NCBI GenBank assembly: GCA_030390025.1
Contig: CM059432.1
Coordinates: 123,072,001-123,136,000 of the forward strand
Direction: 5' to 3'
From: Squalus acanthias
Lineage: Eukaryota
Length of the DNA: 64,000 nucleotides
Of this stretch, positions 49,507-61,917 are shown piece by piece (within the stretch, counting starts at the first letter, position 1; each line of letters starts with the position of its first letter). Position numbers and translations under genes: made by a program. A model generated the notes under the pieces. The model was not told the DNA's origin. It saw nothing but the letters and a program-made list of their open reading frames with translations, and did no database searches.

Positions 49507-51586
49507 TCCCCTCTCATTCTTCTGAATTCAAGAGAATACAGGCCGAGTTTACTCAATCTCTTCTCATACGACAGTCCCGCCATCCCAGGAATCAATCTCG
49601 TGAACTTCGTTGCACTCCCTCTATGGCAAGTATATCCTTCCTTAGATAAGGAGACCAAAATTGTACACAGTACTCCAGGTGTGGTCTCACCAAGGCCCTA
49701 TATAATTGGAGTAAGACTTATTTACTCCTGTACTCAAATCCTCTTGTAATGAAGGCCAGCATACCATTTGCCTTCCCAATGGCTTGCTGCACCTGCACAT
49801 TCACTTTCAGTGACTCATGTACAAGGACACCCAGGTCCCTTTGAGCATCTGCATTCCCCAATCTTTCACCATTTTAGGAAATACTCTGCCTTTCTGTTTT
49901 TTCTACCAAAGTGGATAACTTCACCTTTATCCACATTATATTCCATCTGCCATGTTCTCACCCACTCACTGAGCCTGTCGAGATCCCCTTGAAGCCTCTT
50001 CACATTCTCTTCGCATCCTCTTCGCAACTGACACTGCCACCTACCTAGCTTTGTATCATCAGCAAATGTGGAAATGTTACATTTTGTCCCCTCATCCAAA
50101 TCATTGATATAGATTGTGAATAGCTGGGGCCCAAGCACCGATCCTTGCGGTACCCCGCAGCCTGCCATCCTGAAAAAGACCTGTTTATCCCTACTCTTTG
50201 TTTTCTGTCTGTTAACCAATTCTCAATCCATGCTAGTATATTACCCCCAATTCCATGTGCCCTAATTTTGTTCACTAACCTCTTGTGTGGGACCTTATCG
50301 AAGGCCTTCTGAAAATCCAGATACACCACATCTACCAGTTCCCCTTTGTCTACTCCACTAGTTACATCCTCAAAGAACTCCAATAGGTTTGTCAAACAGG
50401 ATTTCCCTTTCATAAATCCATGTTGACTCTGCCCATTCATACTATTAGTTTCTAAGTGCCCAGTTATTGCATCCTTTATAATATATTCCAGCATTTTCCC
50501 AACTACTGATGTGAGGCTAACAGGTCTGTAGTTCCCCGTTTTCTCTCTTCCCTCCTTTCTTAAATAGCGGGGTTACATTTGCTATCCTCCAATCTGCAGG
50601 AACTATTCCAGAATCTATAGAATTTTGTCCACTATTCCAATGGCCACCTCTTTCAAAACCCTAGGATGTAGGTCATTCGGTCCTTGGGATTTATCGACTT
50701 TTAGTCCCATTAATTTTGCAAAATTAATGGGACTAAAAGTCAATAAATCCCAAGGACCGAATGACCTACATCGCAGGGTTTTGAAAGAGGTGGTCATTGG
50801 AATAGTGGACACATTGGTTGTCATCTTCCAAAATTCTATAGATTCTGGAATAGTTCCTGCAGATTGGAGGATAGCAAATGTAACCCTGCTATTTAAGAAA
50901 GGAGGGAAGAGAGAAAACGGGGAACTACAGACCTGTTAGCCTCACATCAGTAGTTGGGAAAATGCTGGAATATATTATAAAGGATGCAATAACTGGGCAC
51001 TTAGAAACTAATAGTATGAATGGGCAGAGTCAACATGGATTTATGAAAGGGAAATCCTGTTTGACAAACCTATTGGAGTTCTTTGAGGATGTAACTAGTG
51101 GAGTAGACAAAGGGGAACTGGTAGATGTGGTGTATCTGGATTTTCAGAAGGCCTTCGATAAGGTCCCACACAAGAGGTTAGTGAACAAAATTAGGGCACA
51201 TGGAATTGGGGGTAATATACTAGCATGGATTGAGAATTGGTTAACAGACAGAAAACAAAGAGTAGGGATAAACAGGTCTTTTTCAGGATGGCAGGCTGCG
51301 GGGTACCGCAAGGATCGGTGCTTGGGCCCCAGCTATTCACAATCTATATCAATGATTTGGATGAGGGGACTAAATGTAACATTTCCACATTTGCTGATGA
51401 TACAAAGCTAGGTGGCAGTGTCAGTTGCGAAGAGGATGCGAAGAGAATGTGAAGAGGCTTCAAGGGGATCTCGACAGGCTCAGTGAGTGGGTGAGAACAT
51501 GGCAGATGGAATATAATGTGGATAAATGTGAAGTTATCACTTTGGTAGAAAAAACAGAAAGGCAGAGTATTTCCTAAAATGGTGAA
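49507..51586. mobile_element. CR1 RT-region fragment forming a head-to-head fold-back (- 49507-50718, + 50719-51586)
   Basis: 149-aa ORFs 50045..50494(-) and 50962..51411(+) differ at one residue. Confidence 0.92.
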
Positions 51587-52007
51587 TTTCGTTAAGTTCC
51601 TCATTCTCGTCACACCCTTGGTTTTCTCATATTTCTGGGTATCGCAGTGTGGGAGAGTATTACCGGACAATTTCACAGTGTTGTCGATATCAGCAAATTA
51701 TGGAGATGATGCAGATTATGATAGTGAGTGCGCAATGCTCAGTGGATGCACGATCTGGGAGTTTATAGTTCGCCGTTCAACTTACTGGCATGCCTTAAGT
51801 GCGAAGAGCTGAGCAAGCGTTGACAAGCAGGAAGGAGACTCTAGCAGTGGTATTTAAAGGGATCATCAGCACTCACTTGCTGCTCTGTGCAACTCCAGCA
51901 GTTTTATAAACTTCTTTCCATGTCCTAAAGTAACAGGGAGTGTTGGGGCAAGTGGAGAACGCCTTCATTCTTATTTAAAGGCTTCTGCTCACAACACTTG
52001 CTCATAG

Positions 52008-53040
52008 TCATGGGGGCTCTACTGGCAGTCCCCCCTCGTGCCCGCGTATCTTCACGGGAGGGAGCGGAGGCAGCGAAGAAGGGGAGAAGATGCTCGCAGA
52101 GGGAGGAGGGGGGCCAGGAGGGCTCTCAACAGGAGGCCTTATCCACCTAGGGTCTTCCGAGAGCACTTCTCTTTTTTATATATATATACATATACAAGGA
52201 GCAGTGTATTAGGAGGCTATGCTTCACCAATAAGGTGGCCACAGAACTCTGCCACCTCCTGCAGCCTGACAGCAAGGCAAACACAGCTCTGCCAGTGACA
52301 GTCAAGGTCACCGTGGCGCTCAATTTCTTCGCCAGTGAATCCTTCCAGTCTGCAGCAGGAGACATAGAATCACAGAATAGTACAGCACGGAAGCAGGCCA
52401 TTCGGCCCATCGAGTGTGCGCCAGCTTTTTCGAAGAGCAATCCACTTAGTCCCACTCCCCCGCTCTTTCCCCCTATCCCTGCAATTGTTTCTCCTTCAAG
52501 TATTTACCCAATTCCCTTTGAAAGCCATGATTGAATCGTTTCCACCACCCTATCAGATTAGCATTCCAAATTCTAACCACTCGTTGCGAAAAAACGTTTT
52601 TCCTCATGTCGCCTCTGGTTCTTTTGCCAATCGCCTTAAATCTGTGTCCTCTGGTTACTGACCCTTCAGCTATTGGAAACAGTTTCTCTTTAATTACTCG
52701 ATCTAAACTCTCTTAACCTTCTCCACTCTAAGGGGAAGTACTCTGGCTTTGTCCCAAAGCCTCAAGTCACTTCTTGCCTTAGATGTAAAGAGGAAGAAGG
52801 GAAGTCTTGGGGGTGCTTTTCATAGCTAACATCTCGCAGTTCGCCGTCCATCACTGCATCCGGAGGTCACAGAGACTCTGTACAGCAGGCGAAGGGAATG
52901 CATTGTCTTCTCTCTGAGCAGAGAGAAGCCGGATGAGCTTGCATGAGGACGAGGAGAGGGAGGGACGAGGCAGGTAGCAAGCCAATCCCCCTTCGGGACG
53001 GGCTGTCCGTGAACGCCTCATCAGACTCTTGATTCGACTG
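52008..53040 (+). pseudogene. Harbinger (HARBI1-like) transposase remnant, split by a CR1 insertion and deleted
   Basis: RRPYPPRVFRE, TALPVTVKVTVALNFFASESFQSAAGDI, then ANISQFAVHHCIRR after the insertion. Confidence 0.8.
52364..52740 (-). mobile_element. CR1 3' end inserted in the Harbinger transposase
   Basis: CR1 tail CATAGAATCACAGAAT; CATAG repeated at 52363 and 52821 (possible TSD). Confidence 0.8.
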
Positions 53041-53295
53041 AATGAAACCCCAGATCCCCGTTGCTCAACACATCCCCATCATACCAGCTCTCTGACACGG
53101 AATATCACAGCCTCCTCCTGGGCACAAAGCTTAAATTGAGAGCCACCGCCACAAAAGATTCCAAACACAATTAATAAATTGATCCAAAATCAAGTGACAC
53201 ATAATTACACTTACAACATGAACTAATCGCCCTTGTGCAATCCCTTAGTACCTGTCATTCGGGTGCCCTTTCCTGATCAAGTGCTCCCACAGTGG

Positions 53296-53850
53296 CTAAA
53301 GCATGGCTGGTGGAAGGCTGCTGAGTTTCCGTGGGGGAGACGTAAGATGGCCTTGCAGGACGACCTCAAGCAACTGTGGCCCTAGAAGGCCCGGCTGTAG
53401 ACTGCACCACCTCGGCATAGGCGGCAGCAGTCTTGGCTGGCTGGCTGACGGGCAGCAGCAAGGGCAATGATGTAGCGGCAGTGATAGGAACAGGAATGCT
53501 GTCATCCTGACAGAGGACAGCAGGGTACTGTTCCATTGACCCACTGCCACGCCCCCGGGCCGGCACCTCAGCATTCCTACTAATCTGTTGGAGCAGAGCT
53601 TGCTGGGCTGCTGCGACTCCCTGCAACCCCGGTCGACGGTGGGCAACCCAACCACGATGGCAGCAGTCTGAGCTTGGGTGGCAGCAAGCTGAGATTGCAT
53701 GAGAGCGCTCTGCGCTTCCGCTGCAGCACTAAGACATTGGGTGTGCGGGAAGAGGACAGCTCACCTCCTCTCCACGGCCACGACCAGTGCCTCAACAGCC
53801 GCGTTGGAGAATCTGCGGGCTCTGTTCCTGTGCTGAGGCTCCAGCATGTG
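53296..53850 (-). pseudogene. Harbinger Myb/SANT-like accessory gene remnant, convergent with the transposase
   Basis: RARRFSNAAVEALVVAVERR N-terminus and an Ala/Gln-rich C-terminal remnant. Confidence 0.6.
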
Positions 53851-54335
53851 TTGGCACTGCCGTCGTCTTCCAGCTGAAGTTGTGAGTGGATTGACAATGA
53901 GGTGCTGTGGCATACGTGCCGCAGTGTAACATTGTTGGGTCTTAACACTGCCCGTTTTGTGGCCATCTCCAATTTCTAGGCCTGTATGTTTCAATGACAT
54001 CACCCCTCATTCTTCTAAATTCCAGAGAGTATAGATTGTAAATAGCTGAGGCCGAAGCACTGATCCTTGCGGCACGCCACTAGTCACAGCCTGTCAACCT
54101 GAAAATGACCTGTTTATCCCTACTCTCTGGAGTGACGGGGAATGCCGGATGAGCTGGGACGTTGTTTTGATCGTGGCATGCTCTGTAGCCCTAAACGTGA
54201 GTGGAGGCCGACTGTTTTCTCAGTGACCTATTCGGACCGTGAGCACGTCACCCTGTTCTGCCGTATTGACGCACTTGTTGGAACTGCACAGGGCGCTTTC
54301 AAACTAACCACTCTTGCACCTGCAAAATATATAGA

Positions 54336-54745
54336 GAGAAAGACTTGCATTTACATAGCGCCTTTCATGACCTCAGGACGTCCCTGATCGCTTCACAGCC
54401 AATGAAGTTCTTTTCCTGTTGTAATATAGGAAATGCGGCATCCAATTTGTGCGCAGCAAGCCCCCACAAATGATATAATAATCAAATAATCTGTTTCAGA
54501 GATGTTGGTTGGGGGATAAATAATGGCCAGGACTCCCTTGCTCCTCTAGTGCCATGGGATCTTTTACACCCACCCAAGAGGACACGTGGGTCCTCGGTTT
54601 AACATCTCACTCGAAACACGGCACCGCCAACAGTGCAGCCCTGCCTCAGTACTGCCACTGGAGTGTCAGCCTGGATTGTGGGGTCAAGTCTCAGGAGTGG
54701 GATTTGAACCCACATTCTTCTGCCTCAGAGGCGAGAGTGCTACCC
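54336..54745 (-). mobile_element. DeuSINE
   Basis: Similar to 12270-12731. Confidence 0.8.
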
Positions 54746-56239
54746 AGGGATCCTGTGGGGAGACAGACCCTGGGGACCATTAGTGGCCAATCGTTTTCAA
54801 AGGTCGCATGCGCAAATCTTTTCAGTCGGGTCGCACGGTGTGACGTACAGAACCTGAAGCCACTCATGCGCAGAACGCCACGGCGCAGCTTCCAGTCGTT
54901 GGCAGGAGTCACTCCGTTCCTGCATTCATTAGCCGTGCATGCTGCAGTCAGTATTCTCAGGTAGCCAAATCAGTGGACCATAAAGGCTGCCTCCTGAAAG
55001 GTAAGTTTTATTTTTTTTTACATCTGGCCATCAACAACAACTTGTATTTAAAATAAATAGAAATCACTTGTAATTATACAGTGCCTTTCATAACCTCAGG
55101 ATGTCCCAAAGCGCATAACAGCCAGTGAAGTAGTGTTCAAATGTAGTCACTGGTATAATGTAGGAGATAATGTAAAGCAATGTCCCAAGGCATTTTACCA
55201 ATAGCCTTAAGGGAAACAGATGCTGTGTGAGGAAGGGAGAGATTATCCATTGAAGTCGTTGCTGAAAATCAAATAGTATATTGAATTAACATTACTCATG
55301 CGTTAAGTTCCCAATCTCAGACATGCCATCAGGAGGTAATAAGCTGAAGGGAAACATTTCTGTATCGAGAGAGATGGAAAACTGAAATGTGAGTTAACCT
55401 GTGCCTCTTTCATACATACACCTGTTTGCAACCTGTTGGAGAGATAAGCTGGGAGCAGGATATCGGCCCATTCTCTCAGTCAAGGAATGGTGGGTGATAT
55501 GAAAAATCTCAAAATAAAGGACGAAAATAGCCTGAGAGAGACTAATTTAACATATATGCTTTGATATCAAGTTTCAGTTGTTTTAAATCCATTTATGTTT
55601 TAAATAAATTCATGCCATGAAGACTGGCTTTGGGCATTGAATGGAAAAGGGCTTTGGATGATGATCCATGTATCAGATGATAATGGAGTGTGGGTATCTT
55701 AGATTGAAGGAGACTATAAGGGCCATTCCTGATAGGTGAAGATTAGGTTTCAGCTGTAATCTGTAGTATTTAATTAGACAGCCACGCAGTCCCACTTTCC
55801 GGCAGGAATCACAGAACATTCAGGACCGAGAACCCTGGATAATTTCCCCCAGCACAGGATCACTAAAGCCAATTGCATACATGCCAGCCGAGAAAGCTAT
55901 AGCTCCGAAAGAAAATTAGCACGGATTCAAAAATACTGCAAAATAGACCTTTCAGTGTAATTACCAGTTTTCACATGCCATAGGCCTATATTGAAGCCTG
56001 TGACATGTGAAAACTATTAATTAGATTGAGAGTGCAGTGGAACACAGCCTTGTAACTTAAACTGTAGACCTAGCCAATATTCTTTCACCCATAATGGAAG
56101 AAAAAAAGCTAAAGTTATACAAAGGCTTGAAGGGCAATACAAATGTTGAAACTCCAAGATTTATTTTCTTGGGCTGATCTGGAGGCATACTCCCTCCTGG
56201 AAATCTGAAACTTGGGCACTTTATTTGGTGCATCAATCC

Positions 56240-57275
56240 ATGGCCCCCTCCTATTTCTCATCTACATGCTGCCCCTCGGTAACATCATCCGAAAACACAG
56301 CATCAGTTACTACATGTAAAGCTGATGACACTCGGCTCTACCTCACCACCACTCCGCTCGACCCCTCCACTGTCTCTGATTTGTCACGCTACTTGTCCGA
56401 CATCCAGTACTGGATGAGCAGAAATTTCCTCCAACTAAATATTGGGAAGACCGAAACTGTTGTCTTTGGTCCCCGTCACAAACTCCGTTCCCTAATCACC
56501 AACTCCATCCTTCTCCTTGTCAACTGTCTTAGGCTGAACCAGACTGTTCGCAAACTTGGTGTCATATTTGACCCTGAGATGTGCTTCCGACCACATATCC
56601 GCGGCATCACTAAGACTGCCTATTTCCACCTCTGTAACTTCGCCCGACTCTGCCCCATCTCAGCTCATCTGCTGCTGAAACCCTCGTCCATGCCTTTCTT
56701 ACCTCTAGACTTGACTATTTCATAGCTCTCCTTGCTGGCCTCCCACATTCTACCCTATGTAAATTTGAGGTCATCCAAAACTCTGCTGCCGATGACCTAA
56801 CTCGCACCCAATCCCATTCACCCATCACCCCTGTGCTCGTTGACCTACATTGGCTCCTAGTTAAGCAATGCCTCAATTTTAAAATTCTGATCCTTGTTTT
56901 CAAATCCTTCCATGGCCTCTCCCCTCCCTATCTCTGTAATCTCCTCCAGCCTTACAATGCTCCAAGATACCTGCGCTCCTCTAATTCTGGCCTCTTGAGC
57001 ATCCCCGATTTTAATTGCTCCACCATTGGCAACAGTGCCTTCTGCTGCCAAGGCCCTTAGCTCTGGAATTCCCTCCCTAAATCTCTCCGCCTCTCTACCT
57101 CTCTTTCCTCCTTTAAGACGCTCCTTAAAACCTACCTCTTTGACCAAGCTTTTGGTCATCTGCCCTAATTTCTCCTTATGTGGCTCGGTGTCAAATTTTG
57201 TTTGATAACACTCCTGTGAAGTGCCATGGGAAGTTTTACTACATTAAAGGCACTATATAAATACAAGTTGTTGTT
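56240..57275 (+). mobile_element. L2 LINE 3' fragment
   Basis: ADDTRLYL and WMSRNFLQLNIGKTE motifs; (GTT)n tail; colinear with 1300-2341. Confidence 0.9.
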
Positions 57276-57315
57276 GCATATTCCAGCATTTTGGAATCCA
57301 TAATTAACATGGGTA

Positions 57316-58305
57316 ATGAGGAGTTCCTCAGGGCAGTGTCCTAGGCCCAACCATCTTCAGCTGCTTCATCAATGACCTTCCCTCCAAAATAAGGTCAGAA
57401 ATGGAGATGTTCGCTGATGATTGCACAGTGTTCAGTGCCATTCACAACTCCTCAGATAATGAAGCAGTCCATGCCCGCATGCAACAAGACCTGGACGATA
57501 TTCAGGCTTGGGCTAATAAGTGGCAGGTGACATTCGCGCCACAGAAGTGCCAGGCAATGACTATCTCCAACAAGCGAGAGTCTAACCACAGCCCCTTGAC
57601 ATTCAATGGCATTACCATTGCCGAATCCCCCACCATCAACATCCTGGGGGTCACCATTGACCAGAAAGTTAACTGGACCAGCCACATAAATACTGTGGCA
57701 ACAAGAGCAGGTCAGAGGCTAGGTATTCTGTGGTGAGTGTCTCACCACCTGACTCCCCAAAGCCTTTCCACCATCTACGAGGCACAAGTAAGGAGTGTGA
57801 TGGAATACTCTCCACTTGCCTGGATGAGTGCAGCTCCAACAACACTCAAGAAGCTCGACACCATCCAGGACAAAGCAAGCCCGCTTGATTGGCACCTCCT
57901 CTACCACCTTAAACATTCACTCCCTCCACCACTGGCGCACCATGGCTGCAGTGTGTATCATCTACAGGATGCACTGCAGCAACTCGCCAAGGCTTTTTCA
58001 GCAGCACCTCCCAAACCCGTGACCTCTTCCACCTAGAAGGACAAGGGCAACAGGCGCATGGGAACACCACCACCTCCAAGTTCCCCTCCAAGTCACACAC
58101 CATCCTGACTTAGAAGTATATCGCCGATCCTTCATCGTCGCTGGGACAAAATCCTGGAACTCCCTCCCTAACAGCACTGTGGGAGTACCTTCACCACACG
58201 GACTGCAGCAGTTCAAGAAGGCGGCTCACCACCACCTTCTCAAGGGCAATTAGGGATGGGCAATAAATGCTGGCCTTACCAGTGACACCCACACCCCATA
58301 ACCGA
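57316..58305 (+). mobile_element. CR1-group LINE RT 3' fragment (distinct family)
   Basis: PQGSVLGP, INDL, MFADDCTV and QVRSVMEY motifs. Confidence 0.85.
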
Positions 58306-59410
58306 ATTTTTAAAAAAATACATTTTTTTCAGCTATAAAGGAAGGGAATCTTGCTCAGTTTTATTGAAAACTGCTCTATTCTTGTCATTTGGAAACAATT
58401 ATTTTTCTTTATATTTTTAAACTTCTTTCTCACAGTAGCAGCTGACAATCTTTCACTGGAAGAGAAAAAATCAATTACCTTTCTTTTCTTAAAAAAAATT
58501 GGCCGGAAGCAAATAGAGGATTTGAACCCAATCTTACTGAACGTAGAATCATTCCAGTCAGAGCAGGATGCTTCAAATGTGGAACTGTGCACACTTCTTC
58601 AAAATGTTGGTAGTGCATTTCTAGGAACTTCCCCCAGAAAAGTTTGAATTTTTACATTTAAAAATGGTATAATCTGATTAAGTTTTAGCACTTTAATATT
58701 TCACAATTGATAGACCCTGTTCACAGGGCACTCTGTCCTTCCAAAGCTTCCAGTTCATGCTGACATTATTCTTCCTTGTTCAGTTTAAACTGTCATTTTC
58801 CTCCTCCACCAACCACCCCCAGTTCAGACTGGCATTTTATTACTCTCTCTCCCACACCCCAAATTCAACCTAGAATTCTTCTCCTCCTCGTCCTCCCACC
58901 CTCATTCAAGCTGGAACTCCTCTTCTACCCTTACCCCAGTGCCATATGCCATTATTCTCCTCTATTCAACTCGGTACTACTCTTCATTCCCCTCTTATCC
59001 ATACTGATACTCTCCTTCTCCCCCACCCATATTAATGCTGGTGCTCTTCCTCTTTGCTCCCCTTCCAAAGCACTGCTCCTGATTATTTCCCCCCACTACC
59101 AAAGTGTCACTCCTGGCTTCTCCCCTCTCCTCCCACTCACCAAAATTGCTTCTGCTGAATTTTCCCCTTTCACCCCCAGCCAATCTACTACCTCTGTCAT
59201 GCCACAGAATGTTGACCCCCCCCCATTTTCTCAGAAAGGTTTAAATAATAGAGAAAAGATTTATGTGCAAAAGTAGCCACAATAGCTGAAGAAGTTGCAC
59301 TCCTCTGTGTGTAGTTTGAGTTAAACAAACGCCTTTGAATTTCTCTTAATTGACAACCAGTAAATACTCGTTTGTGTTCATCAAATTGTGACATGGAAGT
59401 GTATTCTGCA

Positions 59411-59471
59411 ACCAATCAGGCTGCAGAAGGCTGCAAACAAATCCTTGACAGAGATATAATCAGACAGGAAG
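59411..59471 (+). promoter_or_regulatory. Possible proximal promoter motifs upstream of the leader exon
   Basis: ACCAATCAG (CCAAT box), TATA-like GATATAAT, CAGGAAG (ETS-like); motif-only evidence. Confidence 0.3.
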
Positions 59472-59571
59472 CTGATCTGAGCATTTGAAGAACTCCCTCT
59501 GCATTAAGCTGTGTTACTGTTACTTTGGATCACTTTTTTTCCCCTGTTTCAAGCATTTCAGATCACCATCA

Positions 59572-59629
59572 ATGTCATGGTTAACGTGTTATCTCCTTCT
59601 CTGTACTGGGCTGTTTCAGCTTCAGAGGG
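59572..59629 (+). CDS. Candidate signal-peptide exon (MSWLTCYLLLCTGLFQLQR-G) of a downstream membrane or secreted protein; possibly CD226 by synteny
   Basis: ATG, hydrophobic 19-codon stretch, and a phase-1 GTAAGT donor typical of Ig-superfamily leaders; no downstream exon found in the window. Confidence 0.5.
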
Positions 59630-60200
59630 GTAAGTACTAAACTAACTTCAATATCTGAATGAGGCTATTTTCAGTCTCGCACCCCTCAGTGTGTTTTGTA
59701 TGAACTTTGTGAATAAGTTGCGCTGAATGTATGCCTTGTGTCCATTTTAACTATATATTACTCGTGGATCTCTCGTGACATTTTTCACGGAATAAGAATA
59801 AATTGATTGCCTAACTTCACTCACTGTGGGTAGAAAAGTAAAAGAATACATTTGTGTCGCTCAACTTGTGCACTGTTACAAAACTGATTATCATCTACAC
59901 ATCTAGCGTGCTGTAATATTTTTTTTAATGTGTTGGTCATACATTATAGTTAGACAAATAATGATGTGTAGCATGACGTTACGGTATTTGTCATATAACA
60001 ATTAGAAATAGAATTTTGTATGGATGCAAGAAATAGGTGCAATTTGATAAGAAGATGGTTGAGGATAGTTAAAAGGTGTTCAAGTGCACTTTGAAGTTTA
60101 CTGCTGCTCCCAGGGTGACGACAAATCAGTGAATATTATTCATGGTTTGAAAATTTTCAGCTAATAATTGATTTTTTTTTGCCAGATATAGATTGGTATT

Positions 60201-60688
60201 TACAACAACAACAAAACAACTTGTATTTATATAGCGCCTTTAATGTAGTAAAACGTCCCACGGCACTTCACAGGAGTGTTATAAGACAAAAAAATTTGAC
60301 ACCGAGCCACATAAGGAGAAATTAGGGCAGGTGACCAAAAGTTTGGTCAAAGAGGTAGGTTTTAAGGAACACTTAAAGGAGGAAAGAGAGGTGGAGAGGT
60401 TTAGGCAGGGAATTCCAGAGCTTAGGGCCGAGGCAACAGAAGGCACGGCCACCAATGGTTGAGCGATTATAATCAGGGATGCTCAAGAGGACAGAATTAG
60501 AGGAGCGCAGATATCTCGGGGGGGATTGTGGGGCTAGAGGAGATTACAGAGATAGGGAGGGGCGAGGCCATGGAGGGATTTGAAAACAAGGATGAGAATT
60601 TTAAAACTGAGGCGTTGCTTAACCGGGAGCCAATGTAGGTCAGCGAGCACAGGGGGGATGGGCGAACGGGACTTGGTGCGAGTTAGGA
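60201..60688 (-). mobile_element. L2 LINE 3' end
   Basis: (CAA)n tail and reverse similarity to 1860-2341. Confidence 0.88.
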
Positions 60689-61917
60689 GTGTTTTATATA
60701 CTAGTGTTAATGGTCTGAAAATGCAAGTATATAAAGAGCACCAAGATTAAAACTTCACTCAACATGTGTATTACAGCATTACTCTAAATGACTATCATCT
60801 ACAACTTTTTAAATAAATTTTCATGCATCAAGATCCAAACAAGATTTCCAAAATCCTTGGAGTCATTTTTAAGAGAGAGTTAGATTCCATTATGGAGCAA
60901 GCAGACTTTTCGATGTATGCACAATGTTGGGCAACAGGACCCCTTTCCACTGTATTTTATGATCATGACAAGAAAGTCTCTCTAACTAGCGTTTATTTTT
61001 AATTAACCTTACTTTGTATTAAAAATTGAGGGAGCCACACGTGAGATTCTACAGCTCAATTTAAATTACTGACTCATTACCCTGCTTTCAATTTGACTTA
61101 TTTTCCTGTCAGAATTCAAAGTGCACATTTATGTCATAATAAAAATTATGTATTCCCGACCAGACTGATAATCAGCAGATCAAGGTCTATGATACAAAAA
61201 AGCACTCCTGCTGCAATGATGTTCCACTTTTACACCCCACTGCCATTACTCACTGACGTGTTTTTTTCCTAGTGGGGAAACAATGCGCGCATTGCTTCTA
61301 AGTCACTGGCTTCCCACGTGGGTTGTTTTTCTGGTTAACACGCCATCAGTACTGGTGTATGGGATGATGACTGACTTTATATGCAGTGCCTGAACCTCAG
61401 ATTACTGTATACTACAGAGGGTGTCATGTTTTCACTTTTGTGTCGAGTTCTGCTCTGAGGTAGTTGATTTTTTAGCATTATGAGAGCAGGATTGCCTGCT
61501 TTCTGCTCACATTAGAAAGACTCCACACCAAGTTTAAAATGTTCCCAGGAGGTCCAACAAGCCTGCTCAGGCAGTTTTTAATCGTGGAAATTATACCTGT
61601 TGCGAAATCCATGAGCTGTGAGATGATCTACTGGAGGTAGTCTCACAGCTCTTGACCTAACGTGCTCCGGAGTGGAATTGTTGACCTGGTGTGCAGGTAA
61701 TACTGCCAGCTTCACACCAATGCACACTTGAAAGCACATCACTTTGGTGTAACAGTTTTAGTGTAACAACAGCCTAAAGTAGGCGTAATGTCTAGCTTTC
61801 AATTAAATTTCCCTTTAAGACGATTCTACATAGGCTGCATTAACAAAAAATATATGTAAATATACGGCAAAAAATATAAACAGCTGAAATAATCTTGAAC
61901 CAAACACTTCATAAACA

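Noticed and set aside
52008..53850. Domesticated HARBI1/NAIF1-type gene pair
   Set aside because: Frameshifts, a CR1 insertion and deletion of the catalytic region indicate a dead transposon.
58351..58647. 98-aa ORF with a good acceptor near 58434
   Set aside because: No recognisable domain and only a weak donor; cannot be linked to either gene without RNA data.
61273..61420. Acceptor ttttttcctAG as exon 2 of the leader gene
   Set aside because: The phase-1 frame reaches TAA within 10 codons.
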